Shown here: in pieces, positions 19,102 to 27,753 of the stretch | How positions within the stretch are numbered: the first letter of the stretch is position 1 | How the letters are laid out: every line of letters starts with the position of its first letter | From: a candidate division FCPU426 bacterium | GTDB taxonomy: Bacteria > Oederibacteriota > Muellerivitia > Muellerivitales > Muellerivitaceae | Assembly (NCBI GenBank): GCA_963796105.1 | Contig: CAWCKJ010000016.1 | Location: 1-64,000, forward strand | Length of the DNA: 64,000 bases | Direction: 5' to 3' | Notes under the pieces: model-generated | The model's database searches: none | What the model saw: only the letters and a program-made list of their open reading frames with translations | What the model was told of the DNA's origin: nothing | Made by a program: the position numbers and the translations under genes

Positions 19102-21027
19102 ATGTCAACTCAATCTTCCCTACAAACCCGTCCTCTTTCGGCCTCAATCCGATCTTTTTTTATCAATCCTTGGTCCTGGGCACTTATTTCTTGTTTCCTC
19201 CTACTGGTCCTATTAAGCGCACATACCATTCAAGACTTGGATTTAGGTTTTCACCTTAGGAGTGGCCAGTGGATACTTCAAAATCATAGTTTCCCCGCAA
19301 AGGATACCTTCACCTACACAGTTCCCGATCACGATTATGTTGATGGCCATTGGCTTTATCAAGTCGTTCTTTACTTGCTCTTTATTTCCGGCAGCTATTC
19401 TCTACTTACATTATTTAATGTTGTTTTAATAATCGCGGTCTTTTCATTTCTATGGGCACGTCTTCGATTAACCGGGACGCCTACATGGATATCCACACTA
19501 TTGTTTGCATGGGCTATATGGGAATGTGAAATTCGTTTTCAGGTTCGGCCTGAAATCGTTAGTTGGTTGCTTATGAGTGTTATGCTTTTGGCATTGGAGC
19601 AAAGAACGGCCCGGAAAAGGGATTTTCTTTACCTTCTTCCAATCCTCCAGGTTGTTTGGGCCAACATGGAAGGTTTATTTATCCTGGGTTGGGGATTGAT
19701 GATTGTTTATTTGGTTTCTGGTATCTTCCATCAACGCCGGGCAGATTCGAAGTTGGGGCGGTTTTCGGGCCTAGCTATGGTTTTATGCCTGTTAAACCCA
19801 TATTTTTTCCGGGGGATATTATTCCCGTTCCAACTTTGGCAGACACTTCACACTAAACTTTTCCATTCAAATATAAATGAATTCATGTCCCCTTGGGTCC
19901 AATACGACATTCCCATTATGCCGTTTGCCCAGTTATGGGGTTATAAACTATTCAGTTTCCTTTTATTGTTTTTGATCTTGATCACCTGGAAGAAACGGAA
20001 AATACACGAGTTTTTCCTAGTCGCTATTTTCTTTTATTTATCGGCGAATGCCGTTCGAAACATTCCGCTTTTCATTCTCATTTGCCTGCCCATAACGGCC
20101 GCTTGTTTAAAGGACCTGGAATGGGCATGGTTACGCAAAATAACAGAAGTGATTCTATCCCGATCATGGGTTGCGTTGATCCTAATAACCCTACTTTCGG
20201 GTCTAGGTTTGCGGGTCATCACAAACGCCTATTATGTGGACGACCGCCGGACCGAACGGTTCGGCCTGGGAGTGAACGATGAAAGTCAACCCGTTCGAGC
20301 CACTGATTTCCTTATTCAAAACCATTTAGATGGAAGGATATTAAATGCTTTGAATCCGGGAGGCTGGTTGGACTGGAAAGGTCCTCAAAAGGTATTTATC
20401 GATGGCCGTCTTGAGGTAATGGGCGAGAACCTATTCGCGGAATACATTTCTACCCAGTACACAGGAAAAATAACATCCTTGGCGGACCAAAATTCCGCAA
20501 ATATTTTATTTTTCAATCCAGCTATGTCCACGAGTTGGGTCTCTGATCTCCAAAATAACAATGATTGGCGACCGGTTTACTTGGATGAGAATACCGTAAT
20601 TTATTTGAAGAAAGGTTACGCGCCTCAAGTGCCAGCCCTTGACGATTCCAGAATTATGGCCGAATACAATATCCAGAATCAGGTCCTGGAAAGGGCAACT
20701 GAATTCATCAAACTTCCCGAACCCACTATATGGGATTTTTTATTGAAGGGTTTTTACACGCGGGCGAATTATCCCATCGGGATTTCAAATATGGGGACTT
20801 TTTTTTTATTGGAAAACCATCCTCAAACTGCCGAGGCATTTTTCTTGGAAGCATTAAATCTATCAGGCGGGAAATATTTCGACCTTTACTACAAACTCGG
20901 CGTCTTTTATTACTTAGCTAAACGGTACGACGAAGCCAGACTATGCTTGGAACGTGTCTTGAAAAACGATCCGAGCAATCCTTCGGCTCAAAACATTTTA
21001 GAAAGCCTTCCACACGGTGGTAAATGA
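19102..21027 (+). CDS. Polytopic membrane protein (GT-C glycosyltransferase-like) with C-terminal TPR
   Basis: DLGFHLRSGQWI...DTFTYT...HWLYQ, RPE, WANMEG, LLNPY, VFIDGR, terminal TPR. Confidence 0.72.
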   Translation: MSTQSSLQTRPLSASIRSFFINPWSWALISCFLLLVLLSAHTIQDLDLGFHLRSGQWILQNHSFPAKDTFTYTVPDHDYVDGHWLYQVVLYLLFISGSYSLLTLFNVVLIIAVFSFLWARLRLTGTPTWISTLLFAWAIWECEIRFQVRPEIVSWLLMSVMLLALEQRTARKRDFLYLLPILQVVWANMEGLFILGWGLMIVYLVSGIFHQRRADSKLGRFSGLAMVLCLLNPYFFRGILFPFQLWQTLHTKLFHSNINEFMSPWVQYDIPIMPFAQLWGYKLFSFLLLFLILITWKKRKIHEFFLVAIFFYLSANAVRNIPLFILICLPITAACLKDLEWAWLRKITEVILSRSWVALILITLLSGLGLRVITNAYYVDDRRTERFGLGVNDESQPVRATDFLIQNHLDGRILNALNPGGWLDWKGPQKVFIDGRLEVMGENLFAEYISTQYTGKITSLADQNSANILFFNPAMSTSWVSDLQNNNDWRPVYLDENTVIYLKKGYAPQVPALDDSRIMAEYNIQNQVLERATEFIKLPEPTIWDFLLKGFYTRANYPIGISNMGTFFLLENHPQTAEAFFLEALNLSGGKYFDLYYKLGVFYYLAKRYDEARLCLERVLKNDPSNPSAQNILESLPHGGK

Positions 21028-21031
21028 AATT

Positions 21032-21334
21032 TTACCGAGCATTCACCAAAGCTTGATTCTTTTTCCGCAATATGCGGACGATCTTCCAAACACTTCCAAA
21101 TTCAGGATTCCCTTTTTCAGACAAGACTTTATAAAGACTTTGCCTAGCCAAGCCTGTTTCTTTTGCAAGTTTTGTGAACCCCCTAGTCGCATCTACGATG
21201 TCGCGAAGCATAGAAAGAACAACCGCAGGTTCATCCTCGTTAAGGGCTTCATTTAGGTAAGCTTTTCGAAAGTTCTCATTGGTTTTTAAATGTTCAATGA
21301 TCGCTGATTTATGGTCTCTAATGCCTTTCATCAC
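21032..21334 (-). CDS. Addiction-module antidote (HTH antitoxin)
   Basis: AYLNEAL...LAKETGLARQSLYKVLSEKGNPEF. Confidence 0.88.
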   Translation of the reverse strand: MMKGIRDHKSAIIEHLKTNENFRKAYLNEALNEDEPAVVLSMLRDIVDATRGFTKLAKETGLARQSLYKVLSEKGNPEFGSVWKIVRILRKKNQALVNAR

Positions 21335-21681
21335 TTTACTCCTTTATTTCTACTTTTAAATTCGTTCCAATATTCCTTGGCTTTTTTAACATCTTGGTCC
21401 TGGGTTTTCTTTTCCCCGCCGGAAAGCAAAAGCATCATGGTTCTACCAATCCTACGGACATATATGCGAAAACCTTGGCCTACATGAATTCTGAGTTCAA
21501 GGATACCGTCCTGAACGTCGTCATAATCCCCAAGCAAGCCATTTTCTAACCGCCTAACCCTATTTTCTAAAGCGGTTGCAGACCTTAGGTCTTTTTTAAT
21601 TAACTCCGAATACCATTCCTGGTAAGGGCATCGTCCATCCGGCGTTTCATAATCCTTTAATTCAAAAGGTGTTGTTTCCAA
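21331..21681 (-). CDS. RelE/ParE-family addiction-module killer toxin
   Basis: Y.TPDGRCPY.EW, G.LGD, ELRIHVGQGFRIY, LLLSGG.K.TQ..D. Confidence 0.9.
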   Translation of the reverse strand: METTPFELKDYETPDGRCPYQEWYSELIKKDLRSATALENRVRRLENGLLGDYDDVQDGILELRIHVGQGFRIYVRRIGRTMMLLLSGGEKKTQDQDVKKAKEYWNEFKSRNKGVK

Positions 21682-21747
21682 TTACCTCTCCTTTTAATTG
21701 TCGCCTATGGTTGACACTATTTCAAGGGCCGTTTTTCGATATTTCGA

Positions 21748-22557
21748 CTATTCCGCTAATGATTTATTCAATTGGTGCCAGCATTTTTTAAACGGTTTGG
21801 TGGTTACCCTCTCAAAATCGGAAACGAACCACTGTTGCTGTTCATCGGGTTTAATTCTAGTTTGAAGGGAACGGATCATCCGGACAGCATTTCCGGGTGT
21901 TGCGGAAACGATTAGTTTGAGGGCGCGAGGAAAGCCGTTTTTTAAATTATCGATCATCCTTTGAAGAATTGTTTCATTGTAATGATGGTTCTCAAGCTCA
22001 AGTGTGAAAGAGATTCTTCGGCCTTCCATGTCTGCCTCAAAATATCCATCCGGTGTTCTTCTTCCTTTTGGATTCGGATTGGCCCCATTAGAGCGCCATC
22101 TTTCCTTATTCAACTTCCCTTCCAGGTATTCCGCCTTAATTGAAGGTGTAATTCCTGACCGCATCTCAAAATCTGAAACCCAAAAAATATCCCCAAGTTC
22201 ATCCAAAGATTCGAATGTTATTCGGATTGTCTGAACCATTAGGTCGTGCTCTTTCTCATGAGTGTTGATCTTGATTGGATACTTGTTGGATCGAACTAAA
22301 ATTTTGTTATTTTCATCCAACGTTCTCAAGGCCCCCGCAGTTAAGAAGAAAAGGTTACTGTTTCCTACTGGTGTCTTAAAAACGTGTAAAAGGTCTCTTT
22401 CCAAGCTGGTGTATTTTTTTAGAATTTTGTAGGCGTTCCTGGAACTCTGATTAGGAAGGAACTTCAGATGAAACAATTCTGGAGTTGTAAATTTATTGGA
22501 ATGAATCCATGCCAGATGTTCAATTTCAATTCCAGTCATTTCTTTCAGGCCCCTCAA
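21748..22557 (-). CDS. Replication-relaxation (MOB_C-like) relaxase
   Basis: N-terminal winged-helix-like region, HDLMV, TPDG...LELE PD-(D/E)xK-like motif; translationally coupled to the coupling protein. Confidence 0.65.
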   Translation of the reverse strand: MRGLKEMTGIEIEHLAWIHSNKFTTPELFHLKFLPNQSSRNAYKILKKYTSLERDLLHVFKTPVGNSNLFFLTAGALRTLDENNKILVRSNKYPIKINTHEKEHDLMVQTIRITFESLDELGDIFWVSDFEMRSGITPSIKAEYLEGKLNKERWRSNGANPNPKGRRTPDGYFEADMEGRRISFTLELENHHYNETILQRMIDNLKNGFPRALKLIVSATPGNAVRMIRSLQTRIKPDEQQQWFVSDFERVTTKPFKKCWHQLNKSLAE

Positions 22558-24419
22558 TGAACTTCTCCTTTCCCTAGTTTTTTAGAATAAACCTCCCCCT
22601 TGGATAATAATTCCGCGTCAGTTTTAGGTTCTTCTTTTTGGATTTCTTTGGGCGGTTTTTTTGCTTCAACATTTTTAGGGGTCGTTTTCGAGGGTGTCTC
22701 GACTTTTGGTAAATCGATTTTGTTGTATTGATTTGATTTTTTGTGGTTATCCCTTATAGGAACACAGCCCACATAATCAAATTCTCGGGGTGGAGGTTTG
22801 ACTTCCTTAAGCTTCATCTTGAAAACTTTCGGCCCTGAGACATAGACGATTCTGCATACTGCTTCCCCACGTTTCATTCCCCTTAAATAATTGGGATGGA
22901 TGATGAATTCCTCATCCGGTTTCACGGTCTTCCCCCTGGGTTGGGGTACTCGGGTGTCATAGGATAAAACGTCCTTCATGGTGACTTTGGTTCCGAATAT
23001 GGCGGCAAAAAAATCCACTGTGTCTTTTTCGGTGATGTTCATCACGATCTTGTGATTAGTGTTGGTAAGGATATCGTCCTTGAATTCCTGGCTGACTGCC
23101 CCCAGTTGGCCCAGACTGTGATGGGCCAGGAAGAAGCAAACATTGGCTTCCCGACCAAGGGAAATAAGGTCGTTTAGGCCGGGATATGCAGCGGTATAGA
23201 ACTCGTCCAAAAACACGAAAAAGGGTCTTTCCGGCTTCTCAATTAACCGCCTCCCTATTACCCCCGCCAGGTCTATTAGGGCCGAAATAATGACCGGTTT
23301 AGAGTCTTCCTGGTTCACCAGGGAAGAGGTCCCAAATAGGAATATCTGTTGTTTCTCAACCACGTCCTTCATCTTGATATCTGGGTTCAGGGTATTGATA
23401 AGAGGTGACCATTCCCTATTTGTGAACCGGGCAAGTTTGCTAGTCAGGCCCGAAAGGTTCAATTCCCGGTCCTTCTCCGACATATTGACCCACTTCTCCA
23501 AAAAGTATTTTCCCGAGACGGTGTCCTCATGTTTCTTAGCCAATACTTTGATTGTGTCAAAAGACCTGATCTCGTTGGATATCAGGTTCTGGTAATCCAT
23601 CCGGGTAACGTGCTTGAATTCCATAAAAAGAAGATTCGTTAAGTTGCTCAAAACGTCGCTGGCTTGGTCCCGGTAATATTCCTGGGTTACAGGACCATAA
23701 AAGATCGACTTCATCAGACCGTTAAAGACCTCATCTGGTTTGTCTTTGAAGTCTGGGTTGTAGGTCTGGCTACGTTTTATGTCAGCTAAGTCGAAATACT
23801 TTAAATCGTGGAGACGTCCATATTTCTGGGCGTAATAGGGGATGTGCTTGTTGTAGTTGGATTTGGCGTCGAAAACAAACATACCCAAGCCGTTCCTGAT
23901 CCCCTGCTCGATCATGTGGTTGAAGATGTTGGTTTTGCCCATTCCGGAAGATCCAATAACCTCCGTGTGGTACTTGAGAAGTTCGGCGGGGATGAAAAAC
24001 TTGTTTTCTTCGTCCAGGTAAAGCGAAAATTTCCCTCCTTCATGGGTTGGCGACACACCCTGGTGTTCCGTTGTATGCCGCATGTAAAAATGGATGAAAT
24101 AAATGCAAAAACCGATCAGGATGGAAAGGCCCATTACCACGTCCCCCGTGAACCCCTCGTTTCCCAGGAAAACCCCGAAAAAGTCATGGCAAAAAGCCAG
24201 GGCTATAACGGCGGGGGCAAAAGCCAAGAGGTGGTCAATACGGACATGCTTCTCAAACATGAAGAGGAAACCAACGGAAAGGGCCGAAAGGGTGTCAAAG
24301 GGGGTTACCGATGGAGAGATGACGCCAAGAACTTCCAGAGTGAATTTAACGCCAGAATAGACGGCAAATCCGACCAGTACAGTAGGGGTGTGTTTCTCGA
24401 CGGATTTGAAAAAGGACAT
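22554..24419 (-). CDS. Type IV coupling protein (VirD4/TraD-like)
   Basis: N-terminal TM helices, GSSGMGKT, FDAK, YNP, FVFLDEF, GREA, ILTNT. Confidence 0.88.
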   Translation of the reverse strand: MSFFKSVEKHTPTVLVGFAVYSGVKFTLEVLGVISPSVTPFDTLSALSVGFLFMFEKHVRIDHLLAFAPAVIALAFCHDFFGVFLGNEGFTGDVVMGLSILIGFCIYFIHFYMRHTTEHQGVSPTHEGGKFSLYLDEENKFFIPAELLKYHTEVIGSSGMGKTNIFNHMIEQGIRNGLGMFVFDAKSNYNKHIPYYAQKYGRLHDLKYFDLADIKRSQTYNPDFKDKPDEVFNGLMKSIFYGPVTQEYYRDQASDVLSNLTNLLFMEFKHVTRMDYQNLISNEIRSFDTIKVLAKKHEDTVSGKYFLEKWVNMSEKDRELNLSGLTSKLARFTNREWSPLINTLNPDIKMKDVVEKQQIFLFGTSSLVNQEDSKPVIISALIDLAGVIGRRLIEKPERPFFVFLDEFYTAAYPGLNDLISLGREANVCFFLAHHSLGQLGAVSQEFKDDILTNTNHKIVMNITEKDTVDFFAAIFGTKVTMKDVLSYDTRVPQPRGKTVKPDEEFIIHPNYLRGMKRGEAVCRIVYVSGPKVFKMKLKEVKPPPREFDYVGCVPIRDNHKKSNQYNKIDLPKVETPSKTTPKNVEAKKPPKEIQKEEPKTDAELLSKGEVYSKKLGKGEVH

Positions 24420-24497
24420 GATGCGGTAATTCTAGGATGGAATTTTCGAATGAACAATTAAAGCGAAAGAAAATAAATATATTTTTCGAAAGAGTAT

Positions 24498-25214
24498 TGT
24501 GCCAAATCTGTGCCAGTGAAATTTCTTTTTTTAAAACCGTTACAGGGAAACGTATACAGGTTAGCGCACAACCTTCCTTAGGTTGCACACCAAAGAATTA
24601 AAGTTACCACGATTTTTTTCTGAACCCTCAAATTCATGCATTTTTAACACTTATCTATCAACGTCACCAAATTCATTCCACAATTTAAAATCAACATCAC
24701 GCCAAGGGTAGGTTAAGTTAAGATGTTGCGCCTTATCAACAATAATGTTCCTCGCCCAAGTAAATGATTGACCAACTGCTTTTATTAAAGTAAGAGGATC
24801 CTTTTTTAAATCGTAATAAAAAACTTTACGAAAATTTTTATTTTCCATAAGTGGGTCGACCATCCACGATGAGTTGGAATTTTTATTTCTTAATACAGCA
24901 ATAGGAAAAGGAAGCGAGCCAAGCACACCTAGTTCTAGTAGTTGACCACCCGGTTTCGAATCTTCAATTATCGTAAATGAACTCTTCATTCTCCTGTGGC
25001 ACAAGTGTGAACATCGAAATCATATGCAACCTTAATACGGTTACACTCAATTATAAAAAATTCTAGATTTGTTATGATTCGTTGCAACCTAGAAGGGTTG
25101 CACTCCAAGAAAAAGTGGCACAGTAAAATTTTGAGTTTTTGGTTTGTGAAATAATGATTTTACGCAACCTATAAAGGGTTGCATTCGAAAAAACAGTGGC
25201 ACAGATTTGGCACA
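24498..25214. repeat. 18-bp perfect inverted repeat and TGGCACA motif cluster
   Basis: TGTGCCAAATCTGTGCCA (24498-24515) and TGGCACAGATTTGGCACA (25197-25214); further GTGGCA(C/A)A(A/G) copies near 24997, 25115 and 25435-25454. Confidence 0.8.
24651..25004 (-). CDS. AT-rich hypothetical protein
   Basis: Only sizeable ORF in the interval; start uncertain. Confidence 0.5.
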   Translation of the reverse strand: MCHRRMKSSFTIIEDSKPGGQLLELGVLGSLPFPIAVLRNKNSNSSWMVDPLMENKNFRKVFYYDLKKDPLTLIKAVGQSFTWARNIIVDKAQHLNLTYPWRDVDFKLWNEFGDVDR

Positions 25215-25352
25215 GAAAGTTTGTCACACCCTGTCATTTTACGGCACTTTCTGGCATTTTTTCTTTGCGATGAATTGTCGGGGAAGCGGGACAAAAATTG
25301 ATTTTTTATTTTATTTCCCAACAATTTTTAACGGGAAACCAAATTCGGGCTT

Positions 25353-25393
25353 AACCTTGGCAAGGTTGCACTCTACCGCTGAGTTATTCCCGC
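25353..25393 (-). other. attP-like site: 5' half of tRNA-Gly(GCC)
   Basis: Minus strand GCGGGAATAACTCAGCGGTAGAGTGCAACCTTGCCAAGGTT gives the acceptor 5' strand, D arm and anticodon arm (GCC). No T arm or 3' acceptor strand follows. Confidence 0.85.
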
Positions 25394-26700
25394 AAATCAA
25401 GCTTTTCTGCACTTTTCCCTGGCTCAAAAGGCTTGTGGCAAAGCCGTGGCAAAGTTTTTTCGGCCCCGTAGGACTGCTCGACCATCTCAACCGCGTCCAC
25501 CAGGTCATTCTCCACAAAGTTCACGTAATAGTCCGTGGACGTTCTGCTTCGATGACCCGCGAAATTCCCGAGCAGCCTATCCCCCACCCTCTGCAAGGCC
25601 ATTCTCGTCAAACAGAGGTGGCGAAGATCGTAAAAACGAAGCCCCTTTGACTTCAAGTCCGGTATTATCTTGGAGGCCAGGTCGATAGTTCTACCAAATA
25701 ATCGCCTCATGTTGCAAGTTTTTAAGTTCTTTCCTGCAACAGAAAACAAGAAGTCTTCCGGCTTCTTATTTTGGATATTCCTCCAAACAATCTCCTCGGC
25801 CATTTTCAAGACGGGGATGGTCCTTCCTTCCCCCGTTTTTCCAGGCTTTATGAAGACAAAGTTCCTGTGTCCTACGACCCGGCGTTCCCTATCCCTAATA
25901 TCCTTTCTCGAAAGGTCGCTAATTTGAATATCGAGCGCCTCCTGGACCCTGGTCCCCTGGTATAAGCGGAACAGGAAAACGTCCCGGAACAACGCGACCG
26001 GTATCCTGTCGGGATGATACGCAAACCGCTCTTGCTGTTCTTCCAACTGGTCCATCGCGTTCAGCATGGCGGAAATTTCATCATCCGTCACCGTGACGAT
26101 CTGTCGCCTGGGGGGCGTCGGGAAAAAGTTCGGATCAATATCAAGGATTTCAAGGATCGGATTATTCTTGGCAATGGCCTTCTTTTTTGCCCAACGGAAT
26201 ATCCTGTCCAAGTGACCCTTGTATTCCAGAAGGTTCCAAGCGTTGGCGCAACGCTCGCGGCCCCTTCCATCCATTTCCAACTTTCTCCGTGAGTTGAACC
26301 ACTCCGAAACCGTCTTTACCGTCATCTGGCGGATTTCATAAATCCCGAACTCCGCCCGCAAAAAATCGAGCTTTTGCTTGATGTTCCTCGGAAAAGAGAT
26401 TTTTTCCCGGATCTTCAACACCGGATCATCCAGGTACTTGTCTACGACCTCCGAAAACTTCATATTTCCAACCGGTACTTTAGTTGGGTCAACCCCATCG
26501 TTTAAGCGGGTCTGCAATTCGGCCCTGGCCCGCTCAATAACGGCCGCTTTCTTCGCGGCTAAATCGGGGTATTCGCTGACAGGGAATCGCGTTGTTTTAA
26601 AACGCACCTTCCCTTCCTGGCTCAACCAATAAAAATACCAGTAGGGGCGCAAATTCTTGTCGCGCCCGACTCTCTGCTTAAGCTGGACGTTGATTGGCAT
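25384..26700 (-). CDS. int: Phage/ICE-type tyrosine integrase
   Basis: N-terminal arm-binding-like region, GTRVQE, KPGKTG, YDLRH, AGHRS...YY; ends inside the tRNA fragment. Confidence 0.9.
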   Translation of the reverse strand: MPINVQLKQRVGRDKNLRPYWYFYWLSQEGKVRFKTTRFPVSEYPDLAAKKAAVIERARAELQTRLNDGVDPTKVPVGNMKFSEVVDKYLDDPVLKIREKISFPRNIKQKLDFLRAEFGIYEIRQMTVKTVSEWFNSRRKLEMDGRGRERCANAWNLLEYKGHLDRIFRWAKKKAIAKNNPILEILDIDPNFFPTPPRRQIVTVTDDEISAMLNAMDQLEEQQERFAYHPDRIPVALFRDVFLFRLYQGTRVQEALDIQISDLSRKDIRDRERRVVGHRNFVFIKPGKTGEGRTIPVLKMAEEIVWRNIQNKKPEDFLFSVAGKNLKTCNMRRLFGRTIDLASKIIPDLKSKGLRFYDLRHLCLTRMALQRVGDRLLGNFAGHRSRTSTDYYVNFVENDLVDAVEMVEQSYGAEKTLPRLCHKPFEPGKSAEKLDLRE

Positions 26701-26747
26701 TTCTGCCTCCCTCCGCCCCAGCTTCCTGATGCTTCGATGATAACAAA

Positions 26748-26999
26748 TCACGTAACTTTTTTTGAACCCGATTTAACTTCCGGCATCTGATTGATGACTA
26801 CCTTAAGGGACGTCATGCTAATCCTCGAATTTCTTCCAAAAACATACCTCGCCTTCAGTTTGCCCATTTTTACCCATCGAATAATCGTTCTTATGGAAAC
26901 GTGCGCGTAATCGGCAGCCTCCCGATAAGTGACCATTTTTTCCATTGCTAAGCGACGCCGCTCCGCTTTCCTGCGTTGTTCCTTTCTTCGATTATCCAT
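26748..26999 (-). CDS. xis: Excisionase-like HTH protein
   Basis: TYREAADYAHVSIRTIIRWVKMGKLKA...RI; directly upstream of int. Confidence 0.8.
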   Translation of the reverse strand: MDNRRKEQRRKAERRRLAMEKMVTYREAADYAHVSIRTIIRWVKMGKLKARYVFGRNSRISMTSLKVVINQMPEVKSGSKKVT

Positions 27000-27040
27000 G
27001 CCCACTCCCAAAGGCGAGGTTTCCTAAAAAGCCTTTATCT

Positions 27041-27343
27041 TCAACCCTTCTCAGCAGCCGGTTCTTTTTCCTTGGCCTTTTTCTTATATTCGTCCACCGC
27101 AGCCTTCTCTATTTCCGCCTTCGCCTTTTTGTTGGCGTTGCAAAAGTGAAAATACTCCCCATCCTTTTTGCCTGGGCGGGATGGGAAACCCACGAACAAC
27201 CCATCCCCATCCTTCTTCTTCACCAATGTCAGGTCGTTGAAATAGAACTCATAACTGGCGATGGCAACCTTCACGTCGAAAAACGCCTGCGTGTTCTCCC
27301 CTTCGTAGGGGTACATCCTCGTAACCTTGACCTTTAAAGCCAT
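27041..27343 (-). CDS. SpoVG-family nucleic-acid-binding protein
   Basis: AFFDV...FNDLTLV...GLFVGFPSR...GEY pattern. Confidence 0.75.
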   Translation of the reverse strand: MALKVKVTRMYPYEGENTQAFFDVKVAIASYEFYFNDLTLVKKKDGDGLFVGFPSRPGKKDGEYFHFCNANKKAKAEIEKAAVDEYKKKAKEKEPAAEKG

Positions 27344-27374
27344 TTGCTTCCTCCTTTGATTTTTATTCTGCCCG

Positions 27375-27716
27375 TCACCTTTTCACTTTTCTCCTTTCCT
27401 CTCTCGGTCCTTGGTTATCCTCTATAGGCACCTGTGCGCTTTCCTTGATTTTCTTCTCGTACTCGGCGATTGCGACTTTCTCAATGTCTTTCCGGGTATT
27501 TGCGTCCATGTAGCAAATATCGTGGTACTCTCCCTCCTGCCTTCCAGGCCTAGAAGGAAGGCCCAAGAAAAAACCATCCCCGTCTTTCTTCTTCACAAGC
27601 GTTAATTCGTTGTAACCAAAGACACGACCAGATATTTGGACCTTTGCTCCGACAAAAGCCTTCGTGTGTTCCCCGTCATAGGGAAACATCCTGGTAATCC
27701 TGATTTTCAGACCCAT
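27375..27716 (-). CDS. SpoVG-family protein (tandem paralog)
   Basis: KAFV...GFFLGLPSRP...GEYHDIC; clearly similar to its neighbour. Confidence 0.75.
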   Translation of the reverse strand: MGLKIRITRMFPYDGEHTKAFVGAKVQISGRVFGYNELTLVKKKDGDGFFLGLPSRPGRQEGEYHDICYMDANTRKDIEKVAIAEYEKKIKESAQVPIEDNQGPREERRKVKR

Positions 27717-27753
27717 GTTTCTTCTCCTTATGAATTTAATGACCAATACGAAA

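Noticed and set aside
25330..25393. Functional tRNA-Gly gene
   Set aside because: No variable loop, T arm or 3' acceptor strand after the anticodon stem; treated as an att fragment.
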